DNA of 64,000 nucleotides from Patescibacteria group bacterium (GTDB lineage Bacteria; Patescibacteriota; Minisyncoccia; Phycocordibacterales; DATDWN01): NCBI GenBank assembly GCA_040389125.1, contig JAZKAN010000001.1, positions 111,398 to 175,397 of the forward strand, read 5' to 3'. Shown piece by piece: positions 43,376 to 51,274 of this stretch (position 1 is its first letter; each line of letters starts with the position of its first letter). The notes under the pieces were generated by a model. It saw only the letters and a program-made list of their open reading frames with translations, ran no database searches and was not told where the DNA came from. The position numbers and the translations under genes were made by a program.

Positions 43376-44557
43376 CTACTTGCCACTTTTTTTCAGCTTT
43401 TCAGCAGTGGGCTTTTTTGGTTTGTCTTCCTTTGAATCTCGGAGGTCTTTGTCGAACTTTTCTTGAGGGGTTGCCTCTGGTGGAAGTTCGCCTTTCGCTT
43501 CGGAGATTTTTTGCTGTCCGAATTCTCGTACTCGGGCATAGCCGTCTTCGAGAATTTCTGGGGACATCATTTCAATGGCAGACCAACTTCGGGTGTTGAA
43601 TGCGTACTCGAGCGCATCGGTTTTGTTTTTCTTTTCCGCTGCGCTTGAGCTTGGCCAGAGTGATACGAGATACCCTTCGATCTCCTCAAGCCATCGCTTC
43701 TTTGCCTGTACCCATTGGCGCTTATCCTGTTCGGTTTTGATCAGCTCGCCTGCATCTTGCTCTGCGTGGCTGAATCGTGCCGTTACTGGATCTTTGATGA
43801 TCGCTTCAATTGCAGGTGCAAAGTCTTCGTAGGTTGGGTTTTTAAACACCGCACCATCGAGGAGATTGCCTCGGCCTTTGAGAACCACCGATTGTCGCCA
43901 TACTTCTCTTTTCTTTCTTTGAATGAGCTCGTGACGTTCCATGAGCACCAGTACATCAAATTCGTATGCTGCGTTTTTCTCCGCCTGCATCTTCACTCCT
44001 GTTTTGGTGAACTCTTTTCGTCCGTCCTCATCTACTTCCTGCTCCATGCGATCCGACACACGGCCGGTTGCAAGAATGTGCAGGGGCGATTGCACGAGTG
44101 GAATGGAGAAGTATTTATTCCATTCACTCTTGATCGACATCCAATCCTGTATTTGGAAGGTTGTGCGATTCAGCTTTCGCTTATATGCCTCTTGGAAGTC
44201 CATCCAGATGTGAGTAATGCTGTCGATCACCATGATGTCGGCATATCCATCTGCACAGAGCTTCATTGCTTTTACCAAGTCGGCCAGCGAGTGTGTCTCG
44301 CGCACCATTGCCTCGATCCCATGTTCTTGAAAAAGTGGGACCAAGAATTTTGATGCTTTCTCGGTATCAATAAGCACAATCGGCTTCTTGCTGTTGATCT
44401 TCTTGTGAAGACCAATTGCTACTAATGCGGCAGTCCAACTTTTGCCGGTTCCCGGCTCTCCTTCAAATGCCGCTTTGAAGAAGGGTTTGGTGTTCCCGAT
44501 CGCTGTGAAGAATGTATCTTCAGAGGTCGGAGAACTGCTTCGTTCTAGTGTTTGCAT
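43376..44557 (-). CDS. Phage P-loop ATPase (AAA_24/Sak4-like)
   Basis: Walker A GEPGTGKSWTAAL and Walker B-like IMVIDSITHIW. Located in the replication module. Confidence 0.8.
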   Translation of the reverse strand: MQTLERSSSPTSEDTFFTAIGNTKPFFKAAFEGEPGTGKSWTAALVAIGLHKKINSKKPIVLIDTEKASKFLVPLFQEHGIEAMVRETHSLADLVKAMKLCADGYADIMVIDSITHIWMDFQEAYKRKLNRTTFQIQDWMSIKSEWNKYFSIPLVQSPLHILATGRVSDRMEQEVDEDGRKEFTKTGVKMQAEKNAAYEFDVLVLMERHELIQRKKREVWRQSVVLKGRGNLLDGAVFKNPTYEDFAPAIEAIIKDPVTARFSHAEQDAGELIKTEQDKRQWVQAKKRWLEEIEGYLVSLWPSSSAAEKKNKTDALEYAFNTRSWSAIEMMSPEILEDGYARVREFGQQKISEAKGELPPEATPQEKFDKDLRDSKEDKPKKPTAEKLKKSGK

Positions 44558-44566
44558 ATTTTTTGC

Positions 44567-44596
44567 TTGACTCGACGAAGGGGTCTTTGATACTAT
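44567..44596 (+). promoter_or_regulatory. Possible plus-strand (antisense) promoter
   Basis: TTGACT (44567-44572), 18-nt spacer, TACTAT (44591-44596). Confidence 0.3.
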
Positions 44597-44607
44597 GTAT
44601 CTACGGT

Positions 44608-44640
44608 AAGAGGCCTCCTTCGGGGGGTCTTTTATTTTTT
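44608..44640 (+). terminator. Plus-strand intrinsic-terminator-like hairpin (UUCG loop + U-run)
   Basis: AAGAGGCCUCC-UUCG-GGGGGUCUUU, then AUUUUUU. On the minus strand no U-run follows. Confidence 0.45.
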
Positions 44641-44895
44641 CTCGAATAATTTCTTTCTTCGCTTTTCGAGCGGTTCGACTAACTGCTCTATAGTTTCTTT
44701 GATCAAGCCATCATGTATTTGGTTAAAGGCTTGATCAGTTTTCTTTTGATCCTCAGCGTCTAGGGTTGTGAGTTTCCCCATCAACTCGCCAGTCCACTCA
44801 GCGATCGCATCCAGAGTTTCAGGTACGATCCGTTCATCAACGATGCTCGTCGCCCTCTCTCTGAGAAGCTTCTTGATTTCCTGCTGGGTTGTCAT
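44632..44895 (-). CDS. Hypothetical early protein (87 aa)
   Basis: ATG-initiated ORF. No motif. Confidence 0.55.
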   Translation of the reverse strand: MTTQQEIKKLLRERATSIVDERIVPETLDAIAEWTGELMGKLTTLDAEDQKKTDQAFNQIHDGLIKETIEQLVEPLEKRRKKLFEKK

Positions 44896-45127
44896 AGACC
44901 TTGTTTCTGATCTCTTTCAGATCTTGGAGTTTCTTCTTGCGCTCAAGACTGAGAGTCTTGTTTTTCTGCAATCGAATCTCTTTTAGTTGATAATCGATAT
45001 CGACAACGTCTCCTATGGACAATCGATATTTTTCTGTGAGCCACTTACCTTCGAGGATTAAGGCTGGTATGCCATATCGTCTATAGGTAACTGCTCGAGT
45101 AGTTTTGAGATTTTTCATTGCTAGCAT
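44837..45127 (-). CDS. SymE/AbrB-fold (SpoVT-AbrB-like) protein
   Basis: YRRYGIPALILEGKWLTEKYRLSIGDVVDIDYQLKEIRL resembles the E. coli SymE core (IPAITLKGQWL...). The 3' end overlaps the next ORF by 59 nt. Confidence 0.72.
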   Translation of the reverse strand: MLAMKNLKTTRAVTYRRYGIPALILEGKWLTEKYRLSIGDVVDIDYQLKEIRLQKNKTLSLERKKKLQDLKEIRNKVYDNPAGNQEASQREGDEHR

Positions 45128-45165
45128 CTGCCGTTGTACATCGGCTGATCCCTATCGGGACAATG
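45116..45165 (-). repeat. Copy 2 of the 50-nt module shared with 12209-12258; covers the SymE-like start codon
   Basis: The plus strand reads cattgctagcatc-N18-gatccctatcgggacaatg. ATG at 45127-45125. Confidence 0.85.
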
Positions 45166-45172
45166 ATTGTGA

Positions 45173-45538
45173 TTACCTATATTTCTTTCTAATCTCGAAT
45201 GCTTCCGGGTAGAGCCCCTTCTCTTTGAACAAGAGATCGACTAAGTGAGCATCGCCTTTGATGCCAACGTGCCACTGATTTACTTCGTGGACTGGCCGGT
45301 GATATTCCTTGTAGTCATAGATAGTAAGGACACACGGACGCTTCTTGTTTGTTGACTTGAAAGCCCATTCAGCACGGACTTTTTCGTCGCCGCACTTCCA
45401 TTCGCCCTCTTGGGTTCTGTCATGGGGCGCTCCCAACTTATCCACAAGCTCGTGGTAGGAGATATGGAGATAGCCATGAAAGCCGGAGTGGAAAGTATCT
45501 TTGTGAGATGCTTCTTTGAACGTAGGGGTAGGTTTCAT
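45173..45538 (-). CDS. Hypothetical protein (121 aa), first gene inside the right junction
   Basis: ATG ORF. No motif. Confidence 0.6.
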   Translation of the reverse strand: MKPTPTFKEASHKDTFHSGFHGYLHISYHELVDKLGAPHDRTQEGEWKCGDEKVRAEWAFKSTNKKRPCVLTIYDYKEYHRPVHEVNQWHVGIKGDAHLVDLLFKEKGLYPEAFEIRKKYR

Positions 45539-45593
45539 AATCGCCTTACTTTAGGGTTAATAATTTTTCGACCTTTTTAGACGGGACCGGCAT

Positions 45594-45621
45594 TAAAAAA
45601 ACGCCGATTTTCATCGACGTT
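45594..45621 (-). terminator. Rho-independent terminator of ychF
   Basis: Minus strand AACGUCGAU-GAAA-AUCGGCGUU followed by UUUUUU. Confidence 0.75.
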
Positions 45622-45685
45622 CTTTCATACTTTTTTAGTTGTTTTTAAGGGTTTTTCCTGTTTTTGTCCCTAGAAGATGGTAGTG

Positions 45686-46783
45686 CTATATCCTAAACTC
45701 AATCACATCGCCATCCTGGACAATGTACTCCTTACCTTCCGTTCGTACCACGCCTTTTTCTCGTGCTGCTCCATATGAGCCGGCACTGAGGAGGTCTGTA
45801 CAATGCACTATTTCTGCCCGAATAAATTTATCTTTGAAATCGGTATGTATCGCCTGACCTGCTACCGGTGCAGTGGAGTCACGTAGGACAGTCCACGCAC
45901 GCGATTCATCCTCCCCGGTCGTGAAATACGTAATGAGATTCAGCAGTTTATATCCAGCTTTGATCAGACTGTCGATACCGTCATCCTTGCCTCCCAGCTC
46001 TGTTCGAAACAATTCTTTTTCATCACCTTCCAAATCCTTTAATTCATTTTCAATTCCCGCGTCTATAACAACCCACTGTGTATTCTGCGCCTTGAGAAAT
46101 TCAATAAGTTGTGTGTAACGTGGATCATTCATCTCATCTAGATTTCTTCCACCTCCTTTTTTATTCAGTGCATACATAATTGGCTTTGCAGTCAGGAGAC
46201 TGAGCATTCTTACAACAACAATTTCCTTTTCATCGAGCGCGAGTTGGTTCACCAATTTTCCTTCTTTTAGATGAGCAAAAACTTTGGCCAACACTTCGTT
46301 TTCAAACACAGCCACCTTGTCACCTTTCTTTACATCCTTTTGTAGGTTTGATAATCGTTTTTCTACAGTCGCTTCGTCAGCAAGCACGAGCTCGAGATTG
46401 ATTACTTCAATATCCGATACCGGATCGACTTTGTTGTGGACATGGATCACATTGTCATCCTCAAATATTCGCACCACCTCGACTATCGCGTCCACTTCAC
46501 GTATGTTTTGCAAAAATTTATTTCCCAGCCCCTCGCCTTCGCTTGCACCTTTTACGAGTCCCGCAATGTCCACAAACTCAATCACAGCGGGGATTGTTTT
46601 TTTAGAATTTGAAAATGCCGAAAGTTTCCACAGTCGCTCATCCGGCACCGGCACAATACCTACAGACGGATCAATGGTACAAAATGGATAGTTCTCTGCA
46701 GGCACAGCCTTTTTTGTTAGTGCATTAAAAAGCGTCGACTTCCCGACATTTGGTAACCCGACGATTCCGATGGATAGTTGCAT
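45686..46783 (-). CDS. ychF: Redox-regulated ATPase YchF
   Basis: IGIVGLPNVGKSTLFNALT, full-length YchF pattern with a TGS-like C-terminus. Confidence 0.96.
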   Translation of the reverse strand: MQLSIGIVGLPNVGKSTLFNALTKKAVPAENYPFCTIDPSVGIVPVPDERLWKLSAFSNSKKTIPAVIEFVDIAGLVKGASEGEGLGNKFLQNIREVDAIVEVVRIFEDDNVIHVHNKVDPVSDIEVINLELVLADEATVEKRLSNLQKDVKKGDKVAVFENEVLAKVFAHLKEGKLVNQLALDEKEIVVVRMLSLLTAKPIMYALNKKGGGRNLDEMNDPRYTQLIEFLKAQNTQWVVIDAGIENELKDLEGDEKELFRTELGGKDDGIDSLIKAGYKLLNLITYFTTGEDESRAWTVLRDSTAPVAGQAIHTDFKDKFIRAEIVHCTDLLSAGSYGAAREKGVVRTEGKEYIVQDGDVIEFRI

Positions 46784-46865
46784 GAGTTAAATATAGCCTA
46801 TATTTTTAAATATTGCTTATTTACATATGTTAAATTGGATGGTAATATATTTTCGGAGGTGGCTC

Positions 46866-46887
46866 AGCCCATACACATGTATGGGCT
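46866..46887. terminator. 8-bp hairpin between livF and ychF (strand ambiguous)
   Basis: agcccata/tatgggct. The U-run lies only on the plus-strand side. Confidence 0.3.
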
Positions 46888-46897
46888 TTTCGTTTGC

Positions 46898-47620
46898 CTA
46901 AATAACTCCCAAAAAAACTTTTTCTAGAATACCAGAAGCCATGAGTTCTTTAGGCTTCCCTTCTGCCACTATTCTTCCCTTATCGAGTACATAGGTGCGA
47001 TGTGCAATTTCATTTACCGATTTAAGATTGTGTTCAACGATCACGATAGAAATCTTGCGAGCTTCATTTATATTTTTTATTTTTTCAAATACTTCTTTTA
47101 CAATTTTTGGTGCAAGTCCGATAGACGGCTCATCGAGAAGCAACACTTTCGGATCTGTCATCATACCTCGTGCAATAGCGAGCATTTGTTGTTGACCTCC
47201 AGAGAGATGTCCGGATAGGTCTTTCAGTTTCGGCTTCAGAGCAGGGAACAAATCCAGCACTTCTGCGATTCTTTCTTTTATTTCATTTTCTGACTTTACC
47301 GTGTATCCTCCAATTTCTAAATTTTCTTTGACAGTAAGACTTGGAAATACTCTCCTGCCTTGTGGGACATACGAAATACCACGGTCAATCATTTCTCGAG
47401 CGACAGGAGATATCACTTTCTCATGCCAGAGTATCTTTCCAGATTCAATAGCGGTGATGCCGAACAACGCTTTGAGTACTGTAGACTTCCCTGCTCCGTT
47501 TGGACCCATGAGGGCAACAATTTCTCCTTCGTCAATATTCAAAGAAACACCATTCAGAGCTTTCAGTCCTCCGTAGTGCACGTGTATATCATTAAGTTGT
47601 AATTGTGTTTCAGTTTTCAT
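46898..47620 (-). CDS. livF: Branched-chain amino acid ABC transporter ATP-binding protein LivF
   Basis: GPNGAGKSTVLKALFG, LSGGQQQMLAIARG, LLLDEPS. Confidence 0.93.
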   Translation of the reverse strand: MKTETQLQLNDIHVHYGGLKALNGVSLNIDEGEIVALMGPNGAGKSTVLKALFGITAIESGKILWHEKVISPVAREMIDRGISYVPQGRRVFPSLTVKENLEIGGYTVKSENEIKERIAEVLDLFPALKPKLKDLSGHLSGGQQQMLAIARGMMTDPKVLLLDEPSIGLAPKIVKEVFEKIKNINEARKISIVIVEHNLKSVNEIAHRTYVLDKGRIVAEGKPKELMASGILEKVFLGVI

Positions 47621-47705
47621 TTACGTTAATTATCCTTTATTTTATAGAATTAGAATACTTGACATATTCATATTTAATGTGTACTGTAATTTTAGGAGAA
47701 AAATA

Positions 47706-48254
47706 TTGACCACCACGATTTCACCGTTTGTTATCGGAGCAAGGTATATTGCTCCGTTCTTCGCAATTCTCATTGGGTACTACTTTCTGACCATGGCGCG
47801 GAAAATGAGAAGTGTAAACTTCGCGACAATCGTCTTGTTCGCAATGTGCTATCCAATCGGGAAGACATTCCAACTTTGGCTCGTCGGACCTCGGTGGATC
47901 CGTTGGTACATGAGCGATGTTGGATTCATTTCGATGGTCATGATCTGGATCGGATTTTCTGGCATCGCATTTTTTGGCAAAACTGTCTTAGAGCGCATCA
48001 AGATAGGTGCCTGGGATGGCTTTATCCTCGCTGTAATTGTAGAAACATTGCAACTATGTGCGAAGTCACAGAGCGTTATACATAAGAAAGGTACTTTCGC
48101 AGCAAGCGGAGATTGGGTGGACATGGCGATTTTTTTTGTAATGTACATTGTAAACATATCTCTCTTAGCACGACTGAAAAGAGAGTGTGGTCCCCCAAAA
48201 CCTCCCGGGCCTGTAACGTACAAACATGAAAATAAGAAGAATAGAAAAAGATGA
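47706..48254 (+). CDS. Hypothetical multi-pass membrane protein inserted antisense within the liv cluster
   Basis: The track start 47679 is GTG. TTG at 47706 has SD AGGAGA 6 nt upstream and a TTGACA box at 47659-47664. Four to five TM segments. Confidence 0.6.
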   Translation: MTTTISPFVIGARYIAPFFAILIGYYFLTMARKMRSVNFATIVLFAMCYPIGKTFQLWLVGPRWIRWYMSDVGFISMVMIWIGFSGIAFFGKTVLERIKIGAWDGFILAVIVETLQLCAKSQSVIHKKGTFAASGDWVDMAIFFVMYIVNISLLARLKRECGPPKPPGPVTYKHENKKNRKR

Positions 48255-48315
48255 CTCTGCTCAACACAGCAGAGACGGCCGAGAGTAATTCATCACTCTC
48301 GGCTTTCTGTTTACA

Positions 48316-49068
48316 TTACTCGCCCAAATATGCGTCCATCACTTCTCGTTGTGAAAGTACCTGGGATGGAATCCCCTCTGCAAGAAGTTTTCCACTATCA
48401 AGCACAATCAAATGATCACAGAGTTCACGAATAATATCAATATTATGTTCAACCAAAATTACCGTTTTGCCCTGTTCCTTTAAATGTTGAATTACAGAAA
48501 TCACAATCTTTCTCATCTCAGGAAATAATCCTGCAAATGGCTCATCGAGAAAGAAAATATCACTATCATCTCCAAACCCATTGGACATTGCGAGCATTCT
48601 ACCAATCTCGAGGAGCTTTCTCTGTCCATATGACAAGTTTTTTGCAAGATCGTTTCTTTTCTCCCACAAACCAACTTTTTTCAAAACTTCTTCAGCTCGT
48701 TCGAGATGAAATTTCTTATGAGTCTCAAAAAGAGATGCGAACACATTTCTTTTGGTCAGCACTACCAGAATATTATCGAGCACAGGCATTTGTTCAAACA
48801 GTCGAACTTCTTGAAATGTTCGAGTGATGCCGTAGTCAGAAACTTCGTGAGGCTGAAGCTTTTTTACTTCATCTGAATTTCCTATAACCACCAATCCACC
48901 ATCAATCTGAATTACACCCGTGAGCAAATTGATGAGAGTTGATTTACCTGATCCATTGGGACCGATGAGTCCTGTGATTTTCCCTTTCTCGAAACCAATC
49001 GACAAACCATCGACAGCATGTACACCGTCAAAATGTTTCGATATTTTTTTAGTTTCGAGAATGTTCAT
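48316..49068 (-). CDS. livG: Branched-chain amino acid ABC transporter ATP-binding protein LivG
   Basis: GPNGSGKSTLINLLTG, LSYGQRKLLEIGR, FFLDEPFAG. Confidence 0.93.
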   Translation of the reverse strand: MNILETKKISKHFDGVHAVDGLSIGFEKGKITGLIGPNGSGKSTLINLLTGVIQIDGGLVVIGNSDEVKKLQPHEVSDYGITRTFQEVRLFEQMPVLDNILVVLTKRNVFASLFETHKKFHLERAEEVLKKVGLWEKRNDLAKNLSYGQRKLLEIGRMLAMSNGFGDDSDIFFLDEPFAGLFPEMRKIVISVIQHLKEQGKTVILVEHNIDIIRELCDHLIVLDSGKLLAEGIPSQVLSQREVMDAYLGE

Positions 49069-49070
49069 TT

Positions 49071-50147
49071 CTATTTAATTACTACTCCATTTTCCACTTT
49101 TCCAAAAAAAGCGTTTGGAACTCGTAAACCTGAATTATCAAACATAAGTTCTCCATCCGCCCCAATGAACTTAGCTTTTTTCATGTTACCAATCCATGTA
49201 TCTGGACTGCTATCGTATGTATTCGCCAAAAGCATAAATGAGTTAAAACCCATATCAGAACCAAAGGGAGCATCTTCATTATATTTGGCTTTAAAACTAT
49301 TCTTAAATTCCTCCGTATAATCATTCTTTGACATAGAGATGATACTTCCATTTATCTTATTTATGTCAGAGCCGAGAATATTTTGGTAGTCGGACAGACC
49401 AGATTCAAAACTATTATCAAAGGCAAACTTTGGAGGACTTCCACCAGCGATCTTTAATATTTCTTTTACTATAAGTGCACAATCTTTTGGAACTCCGAAA
49501 AAAACTACAACATCGGGTTTTGAGTTCATTATGGCAAGAGCTTGGGATCGTAGTGTCCCGATATCACTACCAATATCATATTTAGTGACACTTTGTTGTC
49601 CAAATCCTTCAATAAATCCAGAATAAAAGTTTTGATACACTGGGGTGTTATTACTTAGTACAACCGCAGGTTTTACATACCCCAACCTTTTCAATTCCTT
49701 TCCTAATGCAAGTTGCACTGGTCGTGCAGCAGGTAGAACCTGAAAGATATTGTCATCTTCTGCTGGTTTACTTTGTTCAAATCCTAAGGCAACAGGTTTA
49801 TTTTCTGTGTGAACAGAATCATACACAGCATCTATTGTGAATGATGAGAGAATTGCATATGCATCTACTTTATCTAAACCGCTCAATTTTTTATATGCAG
49901 ACAAACCTTTCACAGCATTGAAACTATCATCTTCAATAATTGGAGAAAATTTAAGATTATGAGAATTATTCCACTCCTCTACTGCGAGGTTAAATCCTTT
50001 CATATACCCCTCACCCGCTGAGGCATATTCACCCGTAGTACCCGCAATAACTCCTAATTTTATTTCCTGAGATTTTGGCTTATTTCCAAGTAAAATAATC
50101 CCCCCTATTACTACCAAAGCAATGATTATCCAGAGTGTCTTTTTCAT
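49071..50147 (-). CDS. Liv-type periplasmic-binding-protein-like substrate-binding protein 1
   Basis: N-terminal signal/anchor. LGVIAGTTGEYASAGEGYMKGFNLAVEEWN (Peripla_BP_6-like). Confidence 0.88.
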   Translation of the reverse strand: MKKTLWIIIALVVIGGIILLGNKPKSQEIKLGVIAGTTGEYASAGEGYMKGFNLAVEEWNNSHNLKFSPIIEDDSFNAVKGLSAYKKLSGLDKVDAYAILSSFTIDAVYDSVHTENKPVALGFEQSKPAEDDNIFQVLPAARPVQLALGKELKRLGYVKPAVVLSNNTPVYQNFYSGFIEGFGQQSVTKYDIGSDIGTLRSQALAIMNSKPDVVVFFGVPKDCALIVKEILKIAGGSPPKFAFDNSFESGLSDYQNILGSDINKINGSIISMSKNDYTEEFKNSFKAKYNEDAPFGSDMGFNSFMLLANTYDSSPDTWIGNMKKAKFIGADGELMFDNSGLRVPNAFFGKVENGVVIK

Positions 50148-50148
50148 A

Positions 50149-51273
50149 TTATATTGGAATATTTTTATCTCCCACCACTTTCTTTATCGTAAATCCAAGA
50201 TCTGAATTTCCATTTGCATCGAGAGAATACGTGCCCATGAATCCTTGATAATTTTTTACGTTTACCAGCAACCAGTCATGCACTTTCTGACTATTATCTC
50301 CTACAGCACTAATTGCTTTTACGAGTAACTCTAACGAGTCATATGTAGATGCAGTGTGAAATGGAATTGCAGGTGCATGACCATATTTCTGTGTGTATTC
50401 AGCAAAGAAATTTTGCAAATTAGAATTATCTGCATTGTATGCAGGATCGGCGAAATAAACACCATCAAATGTACCGACAATCTTTTTGGCATCTCCATTT
50501 GTCACCAATGTAAAATCAGAAAAGAAAGATGCGTTGATTCCCTGTTCTTTCGACTGTTTAATAAATTGTGCTCCACTGATTCCTGTCTGAGAGAGAATCA
50601 GTATTGCATCAGGAGAAGCACTTTTTGCTTTTGATACTATCGATCGCAAATCGATTGTATCTGGCTGAAATTGTTCATTCAGGACCAGGGTCTCACCTTG
50701 ATTTGCAGCTTCGGTTACAAACGCATCTCGAATGCTCAATGTGTAATCTGTCACTTCTGATACGACTGCTACTTTTTTGTATCCAAGCTTTGCCATACCT
50801 CGAGCAATATCTCGTCCAGCCAAACTGTCAGAGTTTGCCATTCTGAATATGTACTCACCGGCATCATCTACATTTTTGCCACCAGTTACTGGAGTAAGAA
50901 GTGGTACTTTGTTCTGGTTTGCCAGTGGTGCAGCGGCAATGGTTCCATTACTTGTCATACCTGCAATGATATACGTGTCACCATCGACATTAATCAATTT
51001 TGAAACTGCATCGAGACCAGATTTGCTGTCCGTTTTTGAATCTTCGATTGTAAGTTCTATTTTCTTTCCGTTTATACCACCTTTTGCATTGATATTGTCT
51101 ACAAAAAGAGTTGCTGTATCTCGAATATTTTCACCCACAACAGAATAATCACCAGTCAAAAGAGATGCGACACCAATCTTAATTGCGTTACTCTCCGCTT
51201 GCTTTTTGTAGAATACAAAATAACCTCCAATTATTATCAGTAAAACTATAATTGTGTAGGTTATTTTTTTCAT
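50149..51273 (-). CDS. Liv-type substrate-binding protein 2
   Basis: IGVASLLTGDYSVVGENIRDTATLFVDNINAKGGINGKKIEL. Confidence 0.88.
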   Translation of the reverse strand: MKKITYTIIVLLIIIGGYFVFYKKQAESNAIKIGVASLLTGDYSVVGENIRDTATLFVDNINAKGGINGKKIELTIEDSKTDSKSGLDAVSKLINVDGDTYIIAGMTSNGTIAAAPLANQNKVPLLTPVTGGKNVDDAGEYIFRMANSDSLAGRDIARGMAKLGYKKVAVVSEVTDYTLSIRDAFVTEAANQGETLVLNEQFQPDTIDLRSIVSKAKSASPDAILILSQTGISGAQFIKQSKEQGINASFFSDFTLVTNGDAKKIVGTFDGVYFADPAYNADNSNLQNFFAEYTQKYGHAPAIPFHTASTYDSLELLVKAISAVGDNSQKVHDWLLVNVKNYQGFMGTYSLDANGNSDLGFTIKKVVGDKNIPI

Positions 51274-51274
51274 A

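Larger units (their letters stand above)
10903..45593 (-). mobile_element. Integrated temperate siphovirus-like prophage with cargo/defence island (boundaries approximate)
   Basis: Integrase at one end; a complete HK97-type morphogenesis, lysis and replication gene set; host genes (DUF5671-like protein, ychF with its own terminator) on both sides. Spot counts of single 60-nt lines give ~50% GC in the capsid region versus ~35% in the liv region. Confidence 0.7.

Noticed and set aside
43715-44353. 212-aa plus-strand ORF opposite the P-loop ATPase
   Set aside because: The minus frame has Walker A and B motifs and operon continuity. The antisense ORF is featureless.
12209-45165. Reading the two 50-nt repeats as attL/attR of the prophage
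   Set aside because: With these as att sites, the integrase (11106-12023) and the 121-aa gene (45173-45538) would lie outside the element. The repeats are also imperfect in the middle. I kept them as a regulatory or recombination curiosity instead. Junction reads could revive the idea.
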